Shown here one piece after another: positions 18,135-25,902 of a stretch of 43,918 nt of DNA. The translations under genes were made by a program, and so were the position numbers. Source of the stretch: Sulfurimonadaceae bacterium (GTDB taxonomy: Bacteria > Campylobacterota > Campylobacteria > Campylobacterales > Sulfurimonadaceae); contig JBFFUI010000014.1 in NCBI GenBank assembly GCA_041571435.1, positions 1 through 43,918 of the forward strand, read 5' to 3'. Each line of letters begins with the position of its first letter. Within the stretch, counting starts at the first letter, position 1. The notes under the pieces are model-generated. The model was not told the origin of the DNA, ran no database searches, and was given only the letters and a program-made list of their open reading frames with translations.

Positions 18135-18503
18135 TTATATCGACAAATTGCCTTCGGACTCTTTTAACCTGTTTAACAGAGCAAATGAGCTGGTACAGAC
18201 CTCTTTGCTATGTTGGATAAGATGTTCTAAAACAGTTTTTTCAGATGTTTCAATGATTGTATCGATATCTTCTACCAAGGACGTTAACTCTTCTTGCAGT
18301 ACTTTGAGTTTTGAAAGAGGCTGCTCTCTATACTCTTGTTTAAACTGTGACAGCTCTTTTTGAAGTGTTATCTTCTCTTCACGAAGCTCTTCATTGGCCT
18401 TTTTTAGTTCGGTATTCATCTCAATATGTGCGTTTAGTGAGCGGTGGAGTCTCTCAAAGTTCAGTTCATCCAGAGGCTCTGCGGAACGTTTAAATGTAAT
18501 CAT
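18135..18503 (-). CDS. Hypothetical coiled-coil protein
   Basis: Heptad-rich ELKKANEELREEKITLQKELSQFK; GGGAG lies upstream of ATG 18503. Confidence 0.6.
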   Translation of the reverse strand: MITFKRSAEPLDELNFERLHRSLNAHIEMNTELKKANEELREEKITLQKELSQFKQEYREQPLSKLKVLQEELTSLVEDIDTIIETSEKTVLEHLIQHSKEVCTSSFALLNRLKESEGNLSI

Positions 18504-18682
18504 ATACTCTATAGCTCCCTTTGTTTCAGAGCTTCTCCCTGGCAAGGAGAGAATCAAATCTGCAATTATTATAGCTGTAGTATGCAGATAATGTCAATTT
18601 CGACCTATGTATGGACTTTTGTAAGAAACTGCTTTTTGTCTTTAATGTTATAATTGCGGTAATCATAAAAAAAGGGTTTCTC

Positions 18683-18868
18683 ATGGGGTGGACCTGTCAA
18701 CATGACTACAAAGGTTACTGTAAACGTGTTGAAAAACCGTGCGTACCCGGCATGAAAGGGTGTACACTGAAAAGCAGTGACTACATCTTCAGCACTGAAC
18801 CTGAGCCAAAAAAATCGGAAGAGAAAAAAGAGGAGATCGACTTCGCGGCATTGGCTCGAAGTCATTAA
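18683..18868 (+). CDS. Small Cys-rich protein (61 aa)
   Basis: TGTTATAAT promoter and AAGGG SD precede MGWTCQHDYKGYCKRVEKPCVPGMKGCTL... Confidence 0.75.
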   Translation: MGWTCQHDYKGYCKRVEKPCVPGMKGCTLKSSDYIFSTEPEPKKSEEKKEEIDFAALARSH

Positions 18869-18904
18869 CTGTTCGCGGTGAAGGTTGTTGAGTAAAAAGG
18901 GCGT

Positions 18905-19531
18905 TTAAAGATTCGCGCCGTGATAAAAATAGTATCCGAGTCCAAGTGTGTAGAGCGCATTGCCGTAAAGCGCGTGCTCTATAGCAGTCAGCATGGTCGA
19001 TCGGGTTTTGAGGTAGGTTTGTGCAAACAACAAGCCGCCAAAAAAGGTGAAAATGACGGCGATCCAGTTTTCAAAAACGATATGCACATAGGCAAACACC
19101 ATCGCATTGATAATGACGAAGTATAAGGCATGCCCTTTGAACAGCTTCTTGTAGCGGTGAAAGAAGAAACTGCGAAAGAGGATCTCCTGCAGATAGGCAG
19201 AGAGAAAAGGGTAGAGCAGCATAACCAGCAGCCAACGCAATGGTGCAGCTTTGACGAACGCCAAAAAGATATCGGGTGTATAGAGTATTACAAAAAGTGT
19301 CATAGCGGCAACGACCACAATAAACCGTAGTACTACAACATAGAGATCCTTGCGCTCGAAGTTGACTACGCCGACTCTGATCCCTGAGCTGCGGAGATGG
19401 AGATAGGCGTAGAAAGAGACAATCCACAGCACCGGCATGATCGCTTCTTTAGGCAGCGGTCCCCAGATTATCAATAAGGGCGGAGTGATAAAGATAAGGA
19501 AAAATTCGGCCAACAGTGCAGTTTTACTCAT
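18905..19531 (-). CDS. CPBP (CAAX/Abi) intramembrane glutamic endopeptidase
   Basis: QEILFRSF, FAYVH and EHALYGN motifs; multiple TM segments. Confidence 0.88.
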   Translation of the reverse strand: MSKTALLAEFFLIFITPPLLIIWGPLPKEAIMPVLWIVSFYAYLHLRSSGIRVGVVNFERKDLYVVVLRFIVVVAAMTLFVILYTPDIFLAFVKAAPLRWLLVMLLYPFLSAYLQEILFRSFFFHRYKKLFKGHALYFVIINAMVFAYVHIVFENWIAVIFTFFGGLLFAQTYLKTRSTMLTAIEHALYGNALYTLGLGYYFYHGANL

Positions 19532-19699
19532 GGGTTTAACTATAGCATAGATCGGTTACATGTAGGGTGCTTTTGACGGTTTGCTCATGAAGAGGTTTGG
19601 GTCTTAGTTGACACGCTGTTTTTGGATAAGCTCACGGTAATATACGGATGGGCTTCTTTTCTACTATAATTGCATTTATATTTATAAAAAGGAAGTGCC

Positions 19700-20200
19700 A
19701 TGTGCGACTTCAACAATCTTGATGATGCGGCGAAGACCGCCTATCACAACCAACTCTCTAAATGTGCCGACGCTTTCGGCGGTACAAACTATTTTTTACA
19801 GCTGCTTGAAGCTATTCGCAAGAGTAAACCGCATCCATTGATGGCAAAACATATGGAATTCAGGTTTTCACGCGGGATTGTCAAGTGGGAAAAGGTGATC
19901 TTTAAAGACAAGTTCACATTGTTGACAAAAGTACGTGTGAATGAGAATGAAGACGGCAACCTTCTGCCTGCTGAAGATGACAAGTCGTATAAAAAGGTGA
20001 TGAACCTTCTGCGTACACTGCAGCCTATAGAATTTCAGGTCCTGCCTAAAAACAGTAAAGATGGCGAAGGGTTTACCTTCCATGCGTTTGATATCGTTGA
20101 CAAGAACACGACGCGTATCAACCCTGTCTTTGATGCTCTCTTCTTCTGCTCCGTCGATACCGTTAAAAAAGTACTCAACTACAGACCTAAAGAGTCATAA
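19700..20200 (+). CDS. Hypothetical protein
   Basis: 166-aa ORF with AAGGA SD and TATAAT -10; its stop overlaps the next start (TAATG). Confidence 0.8.
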   Translation: MCDFNNLDDAAKTAYHNQLSKCADAFGGTNYFLQLLEAIRKSKPHPLMAKHMEFRFSRGIVKWEKVIFKDKFTLLTKVRVNENEDGNLLPAEDDKSYKKVMNLLRTLQPIEFQVLPKNSKDGEGFTFHAFDIVDKNTTRINPVFDALFFCSVDTVKKVLNYRPKES

Positions 20201-20391
20201 TGGATGGCAAACTGCGTAAAAATATCATCAGTGGAAAACGTGTTGCGATTGTCCTGAAGCAGGATCAGGATACAGGATACCTGACTGACGGGGTCGTTCG
20301 TGATATCCTGACAAAGTCCGCAAGCCACCCGCACGGTATTAAAGTCCGTCTCATGAGCGGTGAAGTCGGTCGGGTCAAAGAGATATATTAG
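20200..20391 (+). CDS. YwbE (DUF2196) family protein
   Basis: IVLKQDQDTG.LT.GVV.DILTKS..HPHGIKVRL..GEVGRV. Confidence 0.92.
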   Translation: MDGKLRKNIISGKRVAIVLKQDQDTGYLTDGVVRDILTKSASHPHGIKVRLMSGEVGRVKEIY

Positions 20392-20454
20392 ACTCACTAT
20401 AAGAGAAGATTGAATATAATCGCAAAACATTAATATATTATGTAGGAGCATATG

Positions 20455-21165
20455 ATGGGTAGAGCCTTTGAATACCGTAAAGCAGCAAAAATGAAACGAT
20501 GGGGGAACATGTCCCGGGTTTTCCCTAAGTTGGCAAAATCGATTGAAAAAGCGGCAAAAGAGGGCGGTGGTGATCCGGATATGAACCCGAAACTCCGTAC
20601 GGCGATATTGAACGCCAAAGCGGAGAACATGCCTAAAGACAATATTGCCGCAGCGATCAAACGTGCAACGGGAAAAGATGCGAAAGACATGTTGGAGGTC
20701 ACTTTTGAAGGGAAGGGACCAAACGGTACACTCATCTTTGTCGAGTGTCTGACGGACAACAATACACGTACGGTTGCCAATGTTAAAAACATCATCAACA
20801 AAAACGGCGGCGAGATGCTGAACAACGGTGCACTCGACTTTATGTTTTCACGCAAGGCGATCTTTGAGTTTGAATTGACAGACGAGATGGATGTTGAAGA
20901 GCTTGAACTTGAACTGATCGATGCGGGTCTTGAAGAGATCGAAGCCGAAGACGGTGAATGTATCGTTCATACCGACTATACGGACTTTGGTAACATGAAT
21001 AAGGCACTTGAAGATATGGGTATTGAGTTGAAAAAAGCAACGCTCGAATACATTGCCAATACGCCTATCGAACTGACGGAAGAGCAGCTGGAGCTACTTC
21101 AGCCGATGTTGGAGAAACTGGATGATGATGAGGATGTGCAGGCCGTCTACACAAACTTCCAGTAA
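20455..21165 (+). CDS. yebC: YebC/PmpR (TACO1) family protein
   Basis: [49 protein letters not shown]. Confidence 0.95.
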   Translation: MGRAFEYRKAAKMKRWGNMSRVFPKLAKSIEKAAKEGGGDPDMNPKLRTAILNAKAENMPKDNIAAAIKRATGKDAKDMLEVTFEGKGPNGTLIFVECLTDNNTRTVANVKNIINKNGGEMLNNGALDFMFSRKAIFEFELTDEMDVEELELELIDAGLEEIEAEDGECIVHTDYTDFGNMNKALEDMGIELKKATLEYIANTPIELTEEQLELLQPMLEKLDDDEDVQAVYTNFQ

Positions 21166-21264
21166 CACGTAAAACTTTCAGTATGCGGTGTGCTCTGCAC
21201 CGGACTTGAGCTTCTAACCCACATTAAAATCAGTAAAACGCCCGGCTTACTTGCCGTGCTGTTC

Positions 21265-21295
21265 AAAAAAATAGAGTGCCGCAAAGCGCTCTATT
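21265..21295 (-). terminator. Rho-independent terminator
   Basis: Minus strand AATAGAGCGC-TTTGCG-GCACTCTATT followed by a T run, downstream of the aldolase-like gene. Confidence 0.7.
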
Positions 21296-21372
21296 CTTAA
21301 AATCTGAAAAACTACATGATCAGATTCATGACAGATGTGCAGAGTCTCTAGATATTACTCTCTTTCGTAAAA

Positions 21373-21966
21373 CTAGTAGTCAAAATTCAAACTGCTGCTT
21401 TTGCTTTCGAGCATCAACAGACGACACGATTTTTCTAAAACGGCCAACTGCTTAGCCATCTCATGCAGATTGCGGTTGTAGGCATAAACGCCGTATCCCC
21501 TAATGACCATGATATTGGTCTTGTTCGCCAGAAAATACTTTGGGATCTCCGTAACGGCACGGTCATACCAGTCATCAAAGTTCTTGGGATCATAAATCGT
21601 AATCTGGCCGAGGTCATGGTAACCGAAATAGTCTTTTGGATTGATGATGTTGTGTTCTATCGAGTACGCGGTGGTGAAAGGGGGCATCGAGAAGGTAATA
21701 AACTTGGCATCGGTGATCTTTTTGTAGATCCCTTTATGTATCATTGCATCGACACTGGCATCATTCCAGCGATAATCTTCGTCAAAATAGAGTTCCAAAA
21801 GATGTTCATCGTCAATGGCATCGAAGATCGCTTCATTGGTGTTAATGACAAAACGGTTATTCTCCGTTTTGGCAGAGAGTGCACCATGGTAAATACCATA
21901 GAAATCTTTTCGAAACATAGAGAGCGCGAATGAGGATAGCTGCTTATTTAAACGTTGTTTATTCAT
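21373..21966 (-). CDS. Class II aldolase/adducin N-terminal domain protein (degenerate metal site)
   Basis: HGALSAK, ASVDAMIHKGIYK, PPFTTAYS, IMVIRGYGV, LEKSCR follow the class II aldolase pattern. Confidence 0.8.
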   Translation of the reverse strand: MNKQRLNKQLSSFALSMFRKDFYGIYHGALSAKTENNRFVINTNEAIFDAIDDEHLLELYFDEDYRWNDASVDAMIHKGIYKKITDAKFITFSMPPFTTAYSIEHNIINPKDYFGYHDLGQITIYDPKNFDDWYDRAVTEIPKYFLANKTNIMVIRGYGVYAYNRNLHEMAKQLAVLEKSCRLLMLESKSSSLNFDY

Positions 21967-22007
21967 AGTGATGATTGTAGCATAAATGAGGTATTAATTT
22001 GTGGTTA

Positions 22008-22029
22008 AGGTACACAAAAAAGTGTACCT
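22008..22029 (-). terminator. Hairpin after sorAB
   Basis: Perfect inverted repeat AGGTACAC-AAAAAA-GTGTACCT. Confidence 0.55.
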
Positions 22030-22045
22030 GGTTGTTATAAGAGGG

Positions 22046-22354
22046 TTATTTTAATTTGCCGTTGCCATACTCTTCGAAGAGGTAATTTGTAACAGTCGCG
22101 GCATCTTTATCGGTGATCGGTGCTTTAAAGTGAACGATCATCTTCTCTACTTTTTTACGCCAGAACTCTTTGGACTGACGGCCCTGGTTCGTAACATAAC
22201 CGAATGAGTGGCAGGTGAGACAGTTGGCATTGACCGCATCAAACCCTTTACCCATTTTGACTTCGAAAGGGATATACGGTACTTCGATGTCACCTTCTAC
22301 CTGTGCAAAAAGCGGTGCCATTGCCAATGTTGCTATTATTAAAATCTTTTTCAT
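22046..22354 (-). CDS. sorB: Sulfite:cytochrome c oxidoreductase, monoheme cytochrome c subunit
   Basis: Signal peptide, NCLTCHS heme motif, W...VEKM...FKAPI; immediately follows sorA. Confidence 0.88.
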   Translation of the reverse strand: MKKILIIATLAMAPLFAQVEGDIEVPYIPFEVKMGKGFDAVNANCLTCHSFGYVTNQGRQSKEFWRKKVEKMIVHFKAPITDKDAATVTNYLFEEYGNGKLK

Positions 22355-22365
22355 CTATCTGCTCC

Positions 22366-23571
22366 TTATACCACGTCAACCGTAACGACATCGATACCGT
22401 TAAACTTGTATCCGCCGTGATTCCATTTAACGTCTTTTGCAAACGGCTGCTCTTCACCGATCTTGTTGATCGCTTTTGCCATGATCGTCATCTTGCCGAA
22501 TTTTGTCGGTTTAATGGCGAGTTTGAATGATCTGTAGGCATAACGACCGGCTTCGCCGCTGTCAAGTTCCGCAGACTTCCATGTCTTACCGTTATCGATA
22601 GAGATCTTGACATCGCGGATACCGTGACCGTCATCAAAGGCAACACCGCGTACGACCGTATGGGAGTTTGTCTGAAGTACGGTACCGTTTACCGGGTAGC
22701 CGATGATCGATTTGACGTTCATCTTCGTGATCGGTTTTGTCTTTTTAAACTTCTCTTCCGGTGTCTCACACTCACATTCGTTGTCCGGCACACGGTAGGC
22801 GACGTCCATAAAGAAGAGTTTCTTGTACTTGTTGGTGACGGTGATGTTGCTCAGCATCTTGACCCAGCTGTCCGAGTAGGTTCCCGGAATGACGAGACGC
22901 AGCGGATAACCGTTCAGGTACGGCAGGTCTTCACCGTTCATCTCGTAAGCCAGGATGACGTGATCGTCCAGCTCTTCGAGGTGAAGTTCACGAATAAACT
23001 CCGGTGTCTCGTAGTAAGCCGCTTTTTCACTGCCGTTGAAACCGATCCACTCGGCATCTTTTTTAAGGCCCGCCTGGTCAAGAACGTCGCTTAGGCGCAC
23101 CCCTTTCCATTTGGCACAACCCATGGCACCGTGTCCCCACTGGATCCCGCCTGCAGTCGGTTTGAAGGCCGAACGGCTGTTACCGCCGCACTGCAGTACC
23201 GCAGTCACTTCGACCTGCTCGAAGTGTGCCGGGTTTTTCAAAAAGTCAAGAGAGATGTCAAGCTCTTTTTCGACGAGACCGTTGACCTTGATATGGAATT
23301 TTTTTGGGTCGATGTGTGTCGGGATGTCCGGCATGTGCCAACGGACAAAAAATGCATCATTGGGAGTGATGGCATTTGCAAATGTCGAACGCGGCGACTC
23401 CAAAAGAGGCGGACGGTCGGAGTAGGTGATCATTGGGCGTTTTTCAGGGAAAGCGATGTTTGAAATCTTGCGATTATCGATCGGCTGTCCTGTCACACCG
23501 GCTTCCAGAGAGCTTGCCGTCAGCGCAGCAGCCCCTGCTAAAGATGTTTTGAAAAAGTCTCTACGTTTCAT
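22366..23571 (-). CDS. sorA: Sulfite:cytochrome c oxidoreductase, molybdopterin subunit (sulfite oxidase family)
   Basis: Tat signal MKRRDFFK; FFVRWH, LQCGGNSR (Mo-ligating Cys), WKGVRL, NGYPLRLVIPG, WNHGGY. Confidence 0.92.
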   Translation of the reverse strand: MKRRDFFKTSLAGAAALTASSLEAGVTGQPIDNRKISNIAFPEKRPMITYSDRPPLLESPRSTFANAITPNDAFFVRWHMPDIPTHIDPKKFHIKVNGLVEKELDISLDFLKNPAHFEQVEVTAVLQCGGNSRSAFKPTAGGIQWGHGAMGCAKWKGVRLSDVLDQAGLKKDAEWIGFNGSEKAAYYETPEFIRELHLEELDDHVILAYEMNGEDLPYLNGYPLRLVIPGTYSDSWVKMLSNITVTNKYKKLFFMDVAYRVPDNECECETPEEKFKKTKPITKMNVKSIIGYPVNGTVLQTNSHTVVRGVAFDDGHGIRDVKISIDNGKTWKSAELDSGEAGRYAYRSFKLAIKPTKFGKMTIMAKAINKIGEEQPFAKDVKWNHGGYKFNGIDVVTVDVV

Positions 23572-23590
23572 GCGGAACCTTATGATTGTA

Positions 23591-23608
23591 ATAACAGAAT
23601 TTTATCAC
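23591..23608 (-). promoter_or_regulatory. Extended -10 of sorA overlapped by a candidate LysR T-N11-A box
   Basis: Minus strand GTGATAAAAT; plus strand ATAACAGAATTTTAT (ATA-N9-TAT) at 23591-23605. Confidence 0.45.
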
Positions 23609-23753
23609 AGTTACAGGGAGATGCAAAATAAAATATTAGCGATATAATTAACAATATAATTGAATGTAACTAAAGGTAATGCACAGAAATAATGAATTAA
23701 GCTAGGAGTGTATAGTATTTGCATCGAGATTTCAACGGAAAAAAAGGAGAGCG

Positions 23754-24632
23754 ATGTACTCATTTAAACAGCTGGAACTATTTATCTCTCTGGCCAGGAC
23801 AGAGCGGGTTGTGGAGACAGCCAAAGAGTATGAGATGAGCCAGTCGGCCGTTTCCATGTCTATTCGTGAGTTGGAAAAGGAGTTGAACGAGCAACTTTTT
23901 GAGCGAATCGGCAAAAGATTGGTCTTGAATGACAGAGGGCATATGCTGCTTTCGGGTTGTAAGTCTCATCTTGAAGGGTTGAAAGAGCTTTATGCCAACT
24001 TCAATGCTTCACAGCTGATGGGTGAACTGCGTATCGCTGCCAGTGTCACGGTCGCCGACTATATGATGCCGACTTTGCTCAACAGCTATCTGCAATCATA
24101 TGAGGGTCTGCATGTAAGGCTTGAAAGTGCCAACACTTCCGACGTGATAAAACGGGTAAAAAACGGCGAGAGTGACCTGGGGTTTATCGAAGGTGACAGC
24201 AGTGACAGTATGCTGGAGTCTCACATTCTGATGAAAGATGAGCTCATCGTTGTCAGCCGTAACAGTGACTATGATACAAGCGAGGAATACTATATCGACC
24301 AACTGCTGGACAAACGGTGGATCATGCGGGAGGAGGGTTCCGGCACACGCGCTGTTTTTTTAAATACGATCGCACCTTTGGATAAAGAGCTCAAGGTCTT
24401 TATGGAGTTCGGAAGTATTGAAGCCATCAAAAACTTTTTATTGAAAGATGACAGCTACCTTTCTGTTCTGCCCCGCATCTGTGTAGTTAATGAACTAAAA
24501 GAGCGAAAACTGTTTGAAGTCAATATCAAAAATATCACGTTTGAACGTGACTTTATCCTGATCAAACGAAAAGACAAGGCGGAGTCAGCACTGCTGAAGC
24601 ACTTTAAAGATTTTGTACTGGAACGTTATTAA
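23754..24632 (+). CDS. LysR-family transcriptional regulator, YeiE/CysL-like
   Basis: HTH SQSAVS..LFERIGKRLVLN; ASVTVADY, LGFIEG, WIMREEGSGTR, MEFGSIEAIK. Confidence 0.92.
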   Translation: MYSFKQLELFISLARTERVVETAKEYEMSQSAVSMSIRELEKELNEQLFERIGKRLVLNDRGHMLLSGCKSHLEGLKELYANFNASQLMGELRIAASVTVADYMMPTLLNSYLQSYEGLHVRLESANTSDVIKRVKNGESDLGFIEGDSSDSMLESHILMKDELIVVSRNSDYDTSEEYYIDQLLDKRWIMREEGSGTRAVFLNTIAPLDKELKVFMEFGSIEAIKNFLLKDDSYLSVLPRICVVNELKERKLFEVNIKNITFERDFILIKRKDKAESALLKHFKDFVLERY

Positions 24633-24677
24633 GCACCTTTAGAGTAAAATTATTCCAATAACCAAGAAGGAAAACCG

Positions 24678-25601
24678 TTGACAGAAATCCCACATATCCC
24701 CGTACTTTACCGCGAAGTGATCGATGCCTTTTCCGGGATAGAAGAGGGTGTTGTTGTTGACTGTACGATGGGGTATGGCGGACACAGTTCGATGCTGCTC
24801 GAAGCCAACAAAAACATCACCCTAATCGGGATCGACCAGGATCAGACGGCGATCGATTTTTCGACCAAACGTCTTGCGCCGTTCGGTGATCGTGCCAAGA
24901 TAAAAAAAGGGCGTTTCTCCGATGTAATCAGAGCGATCATTGCCGAAGAGGGTGTGGAAAACATCAGAGGCATTCTGGCAGATATCGGCGTCTCTTCGCT
25001 TCAGCTCGATCAGAAAGATCGGGGGTTCTCCTACGAGAGCGACACGCTTGACATGCGCATGGATCCGGATGCGCAGTTGAACGCAGCGGAGGTCGTCAAC
25101 AGCTACTCCCAGAAAGAACTGGAACATATTCTGCGCGAATATGGCGAAATTAGAAATGCGGCCCAGATCGCATCCGAGATCGTCAAACACCGTCCATTCA
25201 CATCTGCAAAAGAGCTGAGTGACGTGGTCAAACCTTTCGGCCCGCGGGGTAAAAAGATCCATCCGGCCACATTGGTGATGCAGGCGATCCGGATCGAGGT
25301 CAATGATGAACTGGGTGAGTTGTCACGCCTGCTCGATGCTATCAGCGAGGCTGATCTGCCTCATGCCAGGATCGGGATCATCTCTTTTCACTCCCTTGAA
25401 GACCGTATGGTCAAACAGCGTTTTTCAGAGTGGAAAAAGTCGTGTATCTGTCCGCCTGAGGCGATGCGGTGTACCTGTGGCAATAACCACGCAAAAGGGA
25501 AGATCGTGACCAAAAAGCCGTTGACTGCCCAAAAAGATGAACTAAAAGAGAACGCTCGAAGCCGCAGTGCCAAACTGCGTCTCTTTGATATGGGGGCATG
25601 A
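24678..25601 (+). CDS. rsmH: 16S rRNA m4C1402 methyltransferase
   Basis: HIPVL, DCTMGYGGHS, DIGVSSLQLD, LDMRMD, QAIRIEVNDEL, SFHSLEDR, NARSRSAKLR; TTG start with AAGGA SD. Confidence 0.98.
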   Translation: MTEIPHIPVLYREVIDAFSGIEEGVVVDCTMGYGGHSSMLLEANKNITLIGIDQDQTAIDFSTKRLAPFGDRAKIKKGRFSDVIRAIIAEEGVENIRGILADIGVSSLQLDQKDRGFSYESDTLDMRMDPDAQLNAAEVVNSYSQKELEHILREYGEIRNAAQIASEIVKHRPFTSAKELSDVVKPFGPRGKKIHPATLVMQAIRIEVNDELGELSRLLDAISEADLPHARIGIISFHSLEDRMVKQRFSEWKKSCICPPEAMRCTCGNNHAKGKIVTKKPLTAQKDELKENARSRSAKLRLFDMGA

Positions 25602-25894
25602 TGAACGAAAAAGATCAGATACTCAATGAGGTCAAAGAACATCATGCACACCAAAATACAGAGAACAAAATGGGGTGGCGTTTTCTGCTGATGACCCTTC
25701 TGGTCCTGGCGATCGGCTGGCTGCTTCTCTTTCCCAAGATATATCTGCAGTCGCAGGTCTATTATAAAAGCCGTGACATTGCTCTTCTTACGGGAGAGTA
25801 CAATGCGTTAAAAGAGGAGAACCGCATTTTAAAAACCAAGGTCGAGTCGATTCGATTTAAAAATCAGGTCCTTGACACGATGTTTGATGAGTAA
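25598..25894 (+). CDS. FtsL-like bitopic membrane protein
   Basis: One TM segment plus a leucine-zipper-like coil (PKIYL..YYKSRDI..L..EN..LK), directly after rsmH with ATGA overlap. Confidence 0.7.
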   Translation: MMNEKDQILNEVKEHHAHQNTENKMGWRFLLMTLLVLAIGWLLLFPKIYLQSQVYYKSRDIALLTGEYNALKEENRILKTKVESIRFKNQVLDTMFDE

Positions 25895-25902
25895 ATAGAG
25901 CA

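Noticed and set aside
18611..18682. N-terminal extension of the Cys-rich ORF that looks like a signal peptide
   Set aside because: It spans the TGTTATAAT promoter and the SD for ATG 18683, so it is probably not translated.
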